This document shows, piece after piece, positions 1-9,034 of a stretch of DNA of 32,000 nt. Each line of letters starts with the position of its first letter. Position 1 is the first letter of the stretch. The DNA lies in the NCBI GenBank assembly GCA_963704755.1, contig OY969938.1, positions 330,001-362,000 of the forward strand, in the 5' to 3' direction. The translations under genes were made by a program, and so were the position numbers. The notes below the pieces were generated by a model, which saw only the letters and a list, made by a program, of their open reading frames with translations, did not search any database and was not told where the DNA came from. Origin of the DNA: an uncultured Chloroflexia bacterium. GTDB lineage: Bacteria; Chloroflexota; Anaerolineae; Anaerolineales; Anaerolineaceae.

Positions 1-746
1 GGGAATATCAGAAAGCCGTCATTGAGCAGTTCGATGATTGGCGCCAGCTTAAACCACTCAACCCCAACCAGGGGCACCTGGCCGAAATGCTGGTCTGCTT
101 ACGCCAGCTCGTCAAGGAATTTTCGCCGGACGTTCCTATCATCCAGACCATCTTCAACCCGCTCTCGCAAGCCAAGAACCTGATCGGCCGGGAACGCCTG
201 GCCTACCATTTGCGCTCCTGTCCGGAAGCTGTCCACGAGGGCCTGAAAACGATTACCGAATCGACCATCAACTTCCTCAACGAAGCCAAGAAAACCGGCA
301 TTGACGGTGTCTTCTTCGCCGTGCAGCACGCCCAATACGGTCTTCTGTCCATCCCTGAGTTCGAAGCCTTCGGCCGGTTCTATGACAAGCAAATCCTCGC
401 AGCCTGCCAGGACCTCTGGCTGAACGTTGGCCACATCCACGGCTCGGATATCATGTTCGAGCAAGTTATGGATTATCCCGTTCACATCCTCAACTGGCAC
501 GACCGTGAGACCATTCCTAACCTGCAGGAAGCTCAGCATAAATTTTCCGGCGTGGTCTGTGGAGGATTGCGCCAATGGGATACTATGGTATTGGGTGACC
601 CGGCCAGAATTGAAGCTGAAGCAAAAGATGCCCTCGAACAGACTCAGTCTACCCGCTTCGTACTGGGCACCGGCTGTGTCGTGCCGATTACTGCACCGTA
701 CGGTAATCTCATGGCCGCCCGCAAAGCGGTCGAAAAATTCGCCTGA
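1..746 (+). CDS. URO-D (uroporphyrinogen decarboxylase / MtaA-like) family protein, 5' end outside window
   Basis: Frame 3 is open from base 3 to TGA 744-746; the track ORF 87..746 is only the part after the first Met. The translation ...GIDGVFFAVQHAQYGLLSIPEFEAFGRFYDKQIL...VGHIHGSDIMFEQVMDYPVHILNWHD... resembles the C-terminal half of URO-D-type TIM-barrel enzymes as I remember them. Family assignment is by eye only. Confidence 0.6.
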   Translation, partial: EYQKAVIEQFDDWRQLKPLNPNQGHLAEMLVCLRQLVKEFSPDVPIIQTIFNPLSQAKNLIGRERLAYHLRSCPEAVHEGLKTITESTINFLNEAKKTGIDGVFFAVQHAQYGLLSIPEFEAFGRFYDKQILAACQDLWLNVGHIHGSDIMFEQVMDYPVHILNWHDRETIPNLQEAQHKFSGVVCGGLRQWDTMVLGDPARIEAEAKDALEQTQSTRFVLGTGCVVPITAPYGNLMAARKAVEKFA

Positions 747-771
747 CACCAACGACTGGCAGTCTAATCCA

Positions 772-1362
772 TTGGCTAACCCAAGAATAATTGCCGGCAA
801 AGCCCGCGGGATCCGCCTGCAAGGCGTCCCCGGCGATATCACCCGTCCGATTACCGACCGGGTCAAGGAAGCCTTGTTCAATATCCTGGGACCGGATATT
901 CACGACAGCGCTTTCCTGGACCTGTTTGGCGGGACGGGCAGTGTAGGCATCGAAGCCCTCAGCCGGGGCGCAGCATGCGTCCACCTGAACGATATTCACC
1001 GCCAGGCGGTCACTGTGATCAAAGCCAACCTGCAAAACACGCGCCTGGAACAAGGGGCTATGGTCACCCAGCAAGATGCCTTCACCCTGATCTCTCGACC
1101 TGCCATGCGGGCTTACGATTATATCTACGTGGCACCGCCACAATATAAAGAATTATGGTTGCAAGCACTCCATAAGATCGATACGAATACCGGTTGGCTC
1201 GCACCAACCGGTATGGTGATCGCTCAAATTGATCCCGTCGAAGACGTACCTCTTGAATTAACAAACCTGGTTGAGTTTGACCGCCGCAAATACGGCAGTA
1301 CTTTGCTGCTGTTTTACGAGCTTTCCGAGAACTCGACCAGTAGTTTGCCTTCGGAATCGTAA
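772..1362 (+). CDS. rsmD: 16S rRNA (guanine966-N2)-methyltransferase RsmD
   Basis: RIIAGKARGIRLQGVPGDITRPITDRVKEALFNILG...FLDLFGGTGSVGIEALSRGA...YIYVAPPQY is the classic RsmD pattern, with SAM motif DLFGGTG and a PPQY motif. The track ORF 427..1362 overlaps the upstream gene. The only in-frame start after that gene's stop is TTG 772 (M-ANPRIIAGK). No clear SD, so the start is less certain than the gene. Confidence 0.8.
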   Translation: MANPRIIAGKARGIRLQGVPGDITRPITDRVKEALFNILGPDIHDSAFLDLFGGTGSVGIEALSRGAACVHLNDIHRQAVTVIKANLQNTRLEQGAMVTQQDAFTLISRPAMRAYDYIYVAPPQYKELWLQALHKIDTNTGWLAPTGMVIAQIDPVEDVPLELTNLVEFDRRKYGSTLLLFYELSENSTSSLPSES

Positions 1363-1823
1363 TGGGATAGCGCAAAAAATGGCGGCTCACCGGCACGGAA
1401 ACGGATCACCTGCGGAAGCAAATAAGGCAAATCTTCGACTGTGGCCAGCTCTTGCCAGCCATCCACCGGCACCCATTCCAGCCCGCCCTCTTCGGAAGGG
1501 ATCACATTCGTGATCTGCGAATCGCCTTCGAAAACGTATAATCCGATCCCGGTTTTCTCTTCTACATCCACCATCACCATGCCGCACAGGGCCAGCGGCA
1601 CATCGACCAACCCGGTCTCTTCGTGCAGTTCCCTGCGGGCTGCCATAAGAATGTCCTCACCGCGCTCGACATGCCCGCCGATACCGTTATAGCGGTTCGC
1701 CCACAGGCGTTTGGTCGGAGCCCCTTTCAACAACAAAATCTTGTCCTGGTGGAAAACAAAGATCAATGTACGGGGAATGATCTTGTAGCGGTCCTGGCCG
1801 GTACCTTGTTCCTCTTTGGGCAT
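1314..1823 (-). CDS. NUDIX hydrolase
   Basis: Nudix box GGHVERGEDILMAARRELHEETGL. I prefer ATG 1821-1823 (MPKEEQGTG...) to the track start at 1886, because the extra 21 codons are AT-rich and low-complexity. The 3' end overlaps rsmD convergently by 49 nt. Confidence 0.8.
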   Translation of the reverse strand: MPKEEQGTGQDRYKIIPRTLIFVFHQDKILLLKGAPTKRLWANRYNGIGGHVERGEDILMAARRELHEETGLVDVPLALCGMVMVDVEEKTGIGLYVFEGDSQITNVIPSEEGGLEWVPVDGWQELATVEDLPYLLPQVIRFRAGEPPFFALSHYDSEGKLLVEFSESS

Positions 1824-1916
1824 AAAATTACCTTTTATTTTAAGAGGTGGTTTCCTTATTTTCGCGTACAAAAACAAGAAAACCACCTCTAATTTACCAT
1901 CCTACCAAAGCCGAAA

Positions 1917-3089
1917 TTAGCTCATGAACATCGGTACGCCCATGAAATCGTGGATCTTGGGCCGGTAGGCTTCGATGTCATAATAAGCCGGTACATCCAC
2001 CCGTTTACGCCCGGCCATGACCATATCCACCGGTACGGTGGTGTACTTACCGCCGTGCAGGGCGACCAATTTGCCCGTTTCCTTGCGGCGGATCAATTGG
2101 ATGGCCAGGTTACCATAAGACATTGCGACCATGCGGTCGAGCGAGTCAGGCGCGCCGGAGCGCATCAAATAACCCAGTTTTTGCACCATGGTGTGCTGGC
2201 CAGTGATGCGCTTGATTTCCTCGCCCAGCAATTCGCCGATTCCACCCAGTTTGCGGTGCCCATAGGCATCTTCTTCGCCGGTTTCGACAATTTCTCCGCC
2301 TTCCATCGTGGCGCCTTCTGAAATGGTCATGATCGCGTAATTCGATGGGTTGCGGTGTTTATCCCGGACGAGCAGATCGCACAATTTGTTAACATCGAAG
2401 GGGACCTCGGAAATGATGGCTCGGTCCACGTATGAAAGGTAAGCACTGATCAGGCTGGTCTCACCCGAATTGCGTCCAAACAGCTCGACTACACCGATTC
2501 GCTCGTGCGAGCCAATCGAGGTGCGCATGTTGGTGATAAATTCGACACTGCGGGTGACCGCCGTCGAAAAGCCGATGCAGTAGTCGGTGCCGAAAACATC
2601 GTTATCCATGGTCTTCGGGCAGGCCACGATCGGGAAACCCTCTTTATGCAGCCGGCAGGCGAACGACAGGGTATCATCCCCACCGATGGGGACCAGCACA
2701 TCCAGGCCCAGGTTGTCGATGACTTTCATAATGTAGTCGGTATAATCGGTTTTTGTATCGTCATTTTTTACCGGTTTACCATAGGACGAATTCTTTAAGA
2801 AGTCCGGCGTATCATCCGCGGACACCTTTTGCGGATTGGTTCGCGAGGTATGTAAGAAAGTACCGCCGGTCCGGTCGATGGTACGGACGTCCTCTTCGTG
2901 CAGTTCCCGTAGATAATAATCCCGCGTGGATGGTTCGTCCGGATTGAACTGGAGCAACCCGCCCCACCCCCGGCGGATGCCAATGACACGATATCCCATC
3001 TCAAACGCGCCATAGGCCACCGCTTTTATGCATGGGTTCAAACCGGGTACGTCACCGCCACCTGTAAGGATGCCAATCGTTGTAGTCAT
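1917..3089 (-). CDS. pfp: 6-phosphofructokinase, predicted pyrophosphate-dependent type
   Basis: N-terminus [24 protein letters not shown], then [11 protein letters not shown] and [10 protein letters not shown], then MGYLMRSG-like LGYLMRSG: PFK family hallmarks. GGAGG sits 4 nt upstream of ATG 3087-3089. The GGDD and PKT signatures point to PPi as donor (see finding). Confidence 0.88.
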   Translation of the reverse strand: MTTTIGILTGGGDVPGLNPCIKAVAYGAFEMGYRVIGIRRGWGGLLQFNPDEPSTRDYYLRELHEEDVRTIDRTGGTFLHTSRTNPQKVSADDTPDFLKNSSYGKPVKNDDTKTDYTDYIMKVIDNLGLDVLVPIGGDDTLSFACRLHKEGFPIVACPKTMDNDVFGTDYCIGFSTAVTRSVEFITNMRTSIGSHERIGVVELFGRNSGETSLISAYLSYVDRAIISEVPFDVNKLCDLLVRDKHRNPSNYAIMTISEGATMEGGEIVETGEEDAYGHRKLGGIGELLGEEIKRITGQHTMVQKLGYLMRSGAPDSLDRMVAMSYGNLAIQLIRRKETGKLVALHGGKYTTVPVDMVMAGRKRVDVPAYYDIEAYRPKIHDFMGVPMFMS

Positions 3090-3120
3090 AATGCCTCCGC
3101 AGATTAAAATAATTGCAAAA

Positions 3121-4191
3121 TTACTGATCAGTAGAACGTGCGACTACTGGTACCTTCAGGGTAATACGGGTGCCTTGTCCGGGAGCCGAATCGATATCAC
3201 AATCTCCACCCAACATCTCCAAGCGCTCCTGAATAATTTTAAGGCCCAGGCCCGGGCTGGCAGCCAGGCTAGCCGGGTCAAAGCCCTTGCCGTTATCGGA
3301 TACGATGATCCGAACGAACTCATCATCCAGCGCCATTTGAACGCTGAGGCTGGGTTTTGAGGCATCCTGGTTATGGCGAACTGCATTGCCCATTAATTCC
3401 TGAACTGCTCGGAAAATCAGCACCTCCAGGTAGGGTTCAATGCGCTGCTCGGTACCCTTGATATTGATGCTGGCCTCTACCCCCGTTTCGTCCTTATAGC
3501 TTTCCACATACCGCTTGATGGTCGGCACCAGGCCCAAATCGTCCAACATCATCGGCCGTAGATTGGTGATAAACGCGCGGATCTTTTGGAAGGTGCCCAT
3601 GGCCGATGACTTCAGGTTATTGAGCTCTTCTTTGGCCCTGACCGGGTCCACTTCGAGTAACCGTGCGGCAATTTCGGCCTGGACGATAAAATTGGACATC
3701 GCCTGGGCCGGGCCATCGTGCATCGCCCGGGATAAGCGCTGTCGTTCGGTTTCCTGGGCATTGATCATTTTTTCCAGGGTGGCGTTTCCACCCCTGGACG
3801 AAGCAGCCGGGCTGCCCGGTTTGGCTCCATCCGCGAGGAAATCCTTCACCTTGGCCAGGATATCGGTGTACCGCTGCAAATTGGTCTGATCGTTCTGGAG
3901 CTTGTCGATTTGGCCGCGCATCACCAACAGCCGCTGCTGGGCATCCAGCATGGCGTTATAGGCCATGCGGATATCACTGCGCGGTACGGTGTCGAACTGG
4001 TTCTGGATCTGCTGCAAATGCGTGCTGATATTCGAACTGCGCTGAGTCATCTTGTTCAACTCGGTCTGACTCTGTTCGAGCATCAGGTTGACTTCTTTGA
4101 GCGCGCCCTTAGACTGCTCCAGTTCGGTGATAATTTGTTGGTAAAACTCGTCCCAGGGATTGATTTCTTTTACTGAGGAATCAGTTACCAT
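3121..4191 (-). CDS. DegS-like cytoplasmic sensor histidine kinase (coiled-coil N-domain, HisKA_3, HATPase_c)
   Basis: H-box [18 protein letters not shown]-box GNAVRHN, G1 DNGKGF, G2 GLGLKII. The N-terminal about 150 aa are coiled-coil-like, with [28 protein letters not shown] resembling B. subtilis DegS. No hydrophobic segments. AGGAG lies 8 nt upstream of ATG 4189-4191. Confidence 0.85.
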   Translation of the reverse strand: MVTDSSVKEINPWDEFYQQIITELEQSKGALKEVNLMLEQSQTELNKMTQRSSNISTHLQQIQNQFDTVPRSDIRMAYNAMLDAQQRLLVMRGQIDKLQNDQTNLQRYTDILAKVKDFLADGAKPGSPAASSRGGNATLEKMINAQETERQRLSRAMHDGPAQAMSNFIVQAEIAARLLEVDPVRAKEELNNLKSSAMGTFQKIRAFITNLRPMMLDDLGLVPTIKRYVESYKDETGVEASINIKGTEQRIEPYLEVLIFRAVQELMGNAVRHNQDASKPSLSVQMALDDEFVRIIVSDNGKGFDPASLAASPGLGLKIIQERLEMLGGDCDIDSAPGQGTRITLKVPVVARSTDQ

Positions 4192-4447
4192 GTAACTTTC
4201 TCCTGGTCGCAGGCAACTAGAATATTTTAATGAAACGACCGGTCCGGGAAAATCGGGTTAAGTATAGCACAACCTAGAAATCTTGTCCTCGTGATCAAAC
4301 TGTAATTGTAAAGACAATCAAGTCTTGTTAATAAATTTATTGTATTTATGTTGGGTTGCGCTTACCAAAACACAAATCTGCCGGTGAAGAGGCATATTGC
4401 CTGGTAAAAACAAAGGTTGATTTCACCATCCCCTTCCAGTTACCCGG

Positions 4448-5950
4448 TCATTTGCCCCATTGATAAACCGCAATGTTCTCTCCGCCCGACTGGAGCGCAT
4501 AATTCCCCTGGCTGGTGTAAATCAACCGGGCAGTACGAACCAGTTCCGGGTACCAGCTCGGGAACGTGATTAGATATGTCACATTTTGCTCGTCCAGGTA
4601 GGCGGCCAGCCGGTTTTGGTCGCGGATGAAGGGAATCACCTCTGGGGAAACCAGGCCGGCCAGGTCCACCAGGTCGTTATCACAATAATAGCCAATCGCT
4701 CCAATATCGTGCACCGCGATGCGGGCGTCGCCGGGGACATTCTGGTTGACCCATTTCGCCGTGGCGACCATTTCGGTGTTGATAATCGCGACATCCTGGG
4801 CATAGCTGCCGGCGCCTAAAATAAAAAAGGCCACTAATACGACCGGTATGACCATTTGGGCAAACATCCTGACCCAACGTGTGACTCGTCCTGGACGGAG
4901 CCAGTCGACCAATAATATTCGCGTACCGGCCAACCCCAATACAAAATAGATCGGCATCGCCGGGATCAGGTAGCGCCCGTGCTGGTAAACCACCGGCAGC
5001 CGCCAGGCGTAGATGGCCGAGTACCCCAACCACCACAAGGCCAGCCCGATTGTTACCCAGTTCCGGCTGCGCACCGACTGAATAACCCCGGCGATAAAAC
5101 CGGGCAGCAGCAGAATCCCCGCGCCTACCATTGGCAGCGCCAGCATTTCGCCCAGGCGATAGAAAATCGACTGCTGTTGCAGAGCAGCGTATTCGGCTTG
5201 TTTAGCGTAAAAGGTATTGGGCCAGGCTGTACCGCCTACCTTCAAATTAAAGAAGAGATACAGCCCAAACGGCAGGATAAATCCTAACAACGCCAGGCCC
5301 AGTCGCTTTCTACGTTCGCGCCAACCGGTCACTCCGAACCAACCGGCCAGGGCCAGCGGCCCCAACATGGTCAGCCCATCCGGGCGGATCCAGACCGAAA
5401 TACCGCAGACCAGCCCGGCCAGGGCCAGTGAACGCGAATCCCTGGCGATCAACCAGGCCATCAGCAAGAAAACCGCCGCCATCCAGGCCGTTTCCATACC
5501 TGAGCCGGCTGCCCAGACCAGGTGCCATTCCAGCACAATGAACAGCCCAAACCAGGGTATTCTCCCGGCTTTTATCCCACTCAAGCGCCGGTAAGCCAGC
5601 TCGCCCAGCAGGCCGGCTGCCCACAAACCCAAAAAGCCCAAGAAAAAGGTCCATAAATAGGCCGGTTGTTCGCCCAGCAGGTAGCCAATACTGAGCACAA
5701 ACGTCCACAACGGCGAAGTGGACCCGGCCGAAATGGTACCCGGCTTGAACGACCACTGCCCGTACCAGGCCAGATTGCGAGCGTACACCTGGTGGATCCA
5801 GGCGTCATCCAGCGGGAATCCGCTGCCCTGGTAAATCCTTGCCCATAACAGGTAAATCAGCAGGCTGAGGAGTGCAGTCACGCCTAGAATGAGTACAGGC
5901 AAACCCCGATCCCGGAAAAAGCGATTATTTTTTGTTTTCGCGGAGTTCAT
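4448..5950 (-). CDS. Polytopic membrane protein, GT-C-fold glycosyltransferase-like (ArnT/PMT superfamily, family unassigned)
   Basis: 500 aa with many hydrophobic helices. Acidic first-loop motif GFPLDDAWIHQVYARNL follows TM1 directly. Soluble C-terminal region of about 110 aa. ATG 5948-5950 overlaps the upstream stop (ATGA). Confidence 0.6.
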   Translation of the reverse strand: MNSAKTKNNRFFRDRGLPVLILGVTALLSLLIYLLWARIYQGSGFPLDDAWIHQVYARNLAWYGQWSFKPGTISAGSTSPLWTFVLSIGYLLGEQPAYLWTFFLGFLGLWAAGLLGELAYRRLSGIKAGRIPWFGLFIVLEWHLVWAAGSGMETAWMAAVFLLMAWLIARDSRSLALAGLVCGISVWIRPDGLTMLGPLALAGWFGVTGWRERRKRLGLALLGFILPFGLYLFFNLKVGGTAWPNTFYAKQAEYAALQQQSIFYRLGEMLALPMVGAGILLLPGFIAGVIQSVRSRNWVTIGLALWWLGYSAIYAWRLPVVYQHGRYLIPAMPIYFVLGLAGTRILLVDWLRPGRVTRWVRMFAQMVIPVVLVAFFILGAGSYAQDVAIINTEMVATAKWVNQNVPGDARIAVHDIGAIGYYCDNDLVDLAGLVSPEVIPFIRDQNRLAAYLDEQNVTYLITFPSWYPELVRTARLIYTSQGNYALQSGGENIAVYQWGK

Positions 5951-7551
5951 GGCAGCACCTGATAGATTTGCACACCGGCCACGCTTCTCAGGTAATCCAA
6001 CCCCTCCCGATCCCCTGGTTGGGCATACAGGTCCGCCAGTTTAGGCTGATTGTTGTCCAGCAATAAGTACCCCGCGTGATATCGCCGGGCAGCCGCCAGC
6101 ATCGTCTCACGAGATCCATCCGGGACCACCACAGCCGGGTAGCCGCCGGCCAGGTTGAAACCGGGCGGGTTATTGACCATGACTATCGTGTCTGCCGAAA
6201 TGCCCATGTCATGCATCGCCTGGGCTACCTGATCATAAGTTCGTTCGCTGGCCATCCACTTGTCGGCCGTTACCGTCCCACCCAATACCCGGCCGGAATA
6301 CGTCCAGACGGAGATGCCCATACAAACCAGCACGGCCATGACTCCAAAGACTGCCAGAGAGCGTTCCAGCGGCAGCCCCCGGCGTACCTTGAACCATTCG
6401 GCTGCCCTTTCCAATCCCAGGACGGTCAGTACCCACCAGAAGACCTGGAAAGCCGAACCGGAGTGCAAAAAGCCACCTCGTGCGCCCGAGAACGGAAAAA
6501 CGAAAGTCATCACCAGCAGAGTCGCCAGGGCCATTAATCCCGTGAATTGCACAATCTTTTTTCTGCGGTTGATCCAGCCCCCCACGACCATTAATGGCAG
6601 CAGCACAATGTTTCCCTGGACTACCCAGCCATTTTCCAAATTGGTCACCAGGGCCGAAACCCAGGTTTTGATATGATCACCCCAGCCGGCAGCCAGCCAA
6701 CCCGCCAGGCTGATTTGTGCGGCCGGATAAGCAAAGGTCTGGTCGTAATTCGTCAGCCACATCGCCCGTCCTGAGCCCGGCACAAACGGAGAGCCGTAAT
6801 ATTGAAAATTGCGCAGATACCACCAGAAAGTTACCGAAAGGTAGCCCAGTATGATAAGCAAACCTGCCGTTGTGGCTACACGCAGTTTGTTGTTTTGCTT
6901 GCTCGAAAAAGTTGCCCAGACCACCCAGACCAGCGCCCCGGCCAGCCACAGAATCCCATCCGCACGGGTCAGGTGCATCAACCCAGTCACCGCACCAACC
7001 AGCACGACCCGCTGCAGGCTGACCTGTCCGCCCAGCCAGTGCCAATCCGCCAAAAAGGCCAGGATCAGGAATAGCCCACCCAGCAGCATATAGGGCAAAA
7101 AAGTTTCCGGGATGGTCAGATAGATCACGTAAACGCCCGGAAACACCGCCAGCAGACCGGCCAGCCAGGCATAACGCGGACAATTCAACAACCGGGCCGC
7201 GATCCAGGCCGCCTCGACCGGCAGCAACCCGGCCAGCAGGATATACCCGATCCGAGCCGCCCAAAAGCCGCTATTATGCAGCAGCCCCATCCCGGCCGCT
7301 GCTAAAAGGGAAGCCAGCGGCATCCAATAGGTGTGCGAAGGATGCGGCAATCCTTGGGGATCATCCAGGTAGTTCCACAAAACCGGCTCCCAGAAGCCCT
7401 TCCCGCTGGTCAGGTCCTTACCGCCCAGGTAATAATATTCGGCGTCCATGTAGCCCGGCCCGGGTTGAAATGCTGCCGCCAAAGCCGAAACGCCAATCGC
7501 GGCCAGCACCAGCCAGATCCATAAACGCCAATTCGCTCCGGCCTGCGTCAC
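5947..7551 (-). CDS. Polytopic membrane protein, GT-C-fold glycosyltransferase-like
   Basis: 534 aa. GTG start 7549-7551 overlaps the upstream stop (GTGA). First-loop motif PGPGYMDAEYYYLGGKDL after TM1. Many TM helices and a soluble C-terminal region of about 120 aa. Confidence 0.6.
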   Translation of the reverse strand: MTQAGANWRLWIWLVLAAIGVSALAAAFQPGPGYMDAEYYYLGGKDLTSGKGFWEPVLWNYLDDPQGLPHPSHTYWMPLASLLAAAGMGLLHNSGFWAARIGYILLAGLLPVEAAWIAARLLNCPRYAWLAGLLAVFPGVYVIYLTIPETFLPYMLLGGLFLILAFLADWHWLGGQVSLQRVVLVGAVTGLMHLTRADGILWLAGALVWVVWATFSSKQNNKLRVATTAGLLIILGYLSVTFWWYLRNFQYYGSPFVPGSGRAMWLTNYDQTFAYPAAQISLAGWLAAGWGDHIKTWVSALVTNLENGWVVQGNIVLLPLMVVGGWINRRKKIVQFTGLMALATLLVMTFVFPFSGARGGFLHSGSAFQVFWWVLTVLGLERAAEWFKVRRGLPLERSLAVFGVMAVLVCMGISVWTYSGRVLGGTVTADKWMASERTYDQVAQAMHDMGISADTIVMVNNPPGFNLAGGYPAVVVPDGSRETMLAAARRYHAGYLLLDNNQPKLADLYAQPGDREGLDYLRSVAGVQIYQVLP

Positions 7552-9029
7552 GGCTGCCTCGTGTAATGGTAGATTTCCAGGTCGTTGATTACCTTTTTTT
7601 CGGCCAGGTCGTAGTGTGCGTCCAGCCAGGCCAGGTTGGGATCGGCTTCTCCAGCCGTACGGTATTCGTTGATGGCCTGGGTAAAGAGCACAAAATAAAC
7701 GCTCGAGTGGCCTTGGGTAGCCGTTTGGATGTCTACCTGTGGGATCAGGCCAATCGCCTGCTGAGAAGCCGGGGCGTAGGTATCATTGGCGCTGCCCGGC
7801 TGGTCGGCCAGGAATTCCTGTTTCGGGTTCCGGTCGTAGAAATAAGCGGGAAAGAAGCTGAGCTTGTTCTCGTGCAGGATCAGGTCTCCCGGACCGCTGG
7901 TGCCCTCCAGGTAGGCTTCCGCCTGGCGAAATGGCGAGCGCGGAAACTGCTCGAATGTGTAGAAAGATGGCAGCGAAATGCACACCGAAAGCACAAACGC
8001 TCCCACCAGGAAAGGCCCTACCCCTTTTTTCCAACGGCGTCCGACCACCAGGCCGATCAAGGCGTAGTACCCTAACGAAGCGACCAGAAAACCGCGTGCT
8101 ACAAAAACCGGCCGGATCAGGTAGGAAACAATAAACAGCAGCACCGGCGGGACCAGGGCCACACAGGCGAAAAATCCAAGATGGTTAATTTTGCCGCGGA
8201 GTTTCCAGCCCTCCAGGACGGTCAGCACCAGGATTTGCAGGCTGAGGATGGCCACAATCGCAAAGGGAACCGTTCCTAACGGTAAATTGGCCGTGAACTG
8301 GACCAGGGCCTGAAAGACCTCCACCAGGCCTGGCCGGGGTGTCCAGAAGGCCGCCTGGATCTTCGCGATTTGCCCCGGCAGGTAGACCAGCCAGGGCAGC
8401 GCCAGCAGACCAATTCCAAGCTGGGCCAGCAGCAAGCCACCCAGGGCCTTCCAATCCCGCTTGAACAACAGGTACAAATCCGCCACAGCCAGGCCGAAGA
8501 TAGCCAGGTTGTGACTGTACATGGCCACCGCCCCAAACAAAACCAGTCCCAGCCATAAACCTGCCCGGCGGTCGATCTTCTCTTTTTCCAGGAAGATACG
8601 GAAAAAGCACCAGAAATACCCCATCTGCCCCAACACCAACAGGGTGTACATGCGCAGGTCCTGGGCATGGTAGATCTGGATCGGTGAAATGGCCGCCAGC
8701 AAAGCCGTCCAGGCTGCCGGCGCCCATCCCCAGGCACGGCGGACCAGGTCAAATGTAATCAGCAGAATCAGCACCGAGAGAATCGCGCTTAGTAGCCGTA
8801 AAAATACCAGGTTGCTGCTGACCTGCTGCCAGAAGTGCAGCACAAAATAATATAGAGGCGGCATCGTATCGGCCGCTGTGCCTTGCACGATCTGACCCAG
8901 GCTCCTTGCGGACAGAAAGACACTGAATGCATCGTCGTATTGGATTTCCCGTGTGGCAATTCCCAGCAATCGCAAGGCCAGCGCCAATAGCACAATTGCA
9001 AACAGCAGGAACGTCTGGCGCTTGTTCAT
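7548..9029 (-). CDS. ArnT/PMT_2-like (GT39/GT83-type) phospholipid-carrier-dependent glycosyltransferase
   Basis: 493 aa. REIQYDDAFSVFLSARSL...AADTMPPLYYFVLHFW is the pattern I associate with PMT_2/ArnT-type enzymes. Multi-TM with a soluble C-terminal domain. Starts 5 nt after the stop of the upstream gene. Confidence 0.72.
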   Translation of the reverse strand: MNKRQTFLLFAIVLLALALRLLGIATREIQYDDAFSVFLSARSLGQIVQGTAADTMPPLYYFVLHFWQQVSSNLVFLRLLSAILSVLILLITFDLVRRAWGWAPAAWTALLAAISPIQIYHAQDLRMYTLLVLGQMGYFWCFFRIFLEKEKIDRRAGLWLGLVLFGAVAMYSHNLAIFGLAVADLYLLFKRDWKALGGLLLAQLGIGLLALPWLVYLPGQIAKIQAAFWTPRPGLVEVFQALVQFTANLPLGTVPFAIVAILSLQILVLTVLEGWKLRGKINHLGFFACVALVPPVLLFIVSYLIRPVFVARGFLVASLGYYALIGLVVGRRWKKGVGPFLVGAFVLSVCISLPSFYTFEQFPRSPFRQAEAYLEGTSGPGDLILHENKLSFFPAYFYDRNPKQEFLADQPGSANDTYAPASQQAIGLIPQVDIQTATQGHSSVYFVLFTQAINEYRTAGEADPNLAWLDAHYDLAEKKVINDLEIYHYTRQP

Positions 9030-9034
9030 TCGGC

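Noticed and set aside
427-771. 5' extension of the rsmD ORF (track 427..1362)
   Set aside because: This part overlaps the URO-D-family gene in another frame and its translation is Ser/Thr/Cys/Trp-rich nonsense. RsmD homology begins at RIIAGK, just after TTG 772.
99-881. 260-aa minus-strand ORF
   Set aside because: It is antisense to the URO-D-like gene and the rsmD start. The composition is Arg/Gly-rich, as is typical of shadow frames in GC-rich DNA, and it has no recognisable motifs.
1824-1886. N-terminal 21-codon extension of the NUDIX ORF
   Set aside because: It gives an AT-rich Phe/Lys/Leu-rich peptide (MVFLFLYAKIRKPPLKIKGNF) that looks like translated promoter/UTR sequence. The internal ATG at 1823 gives a normal Nudix N-terminus.
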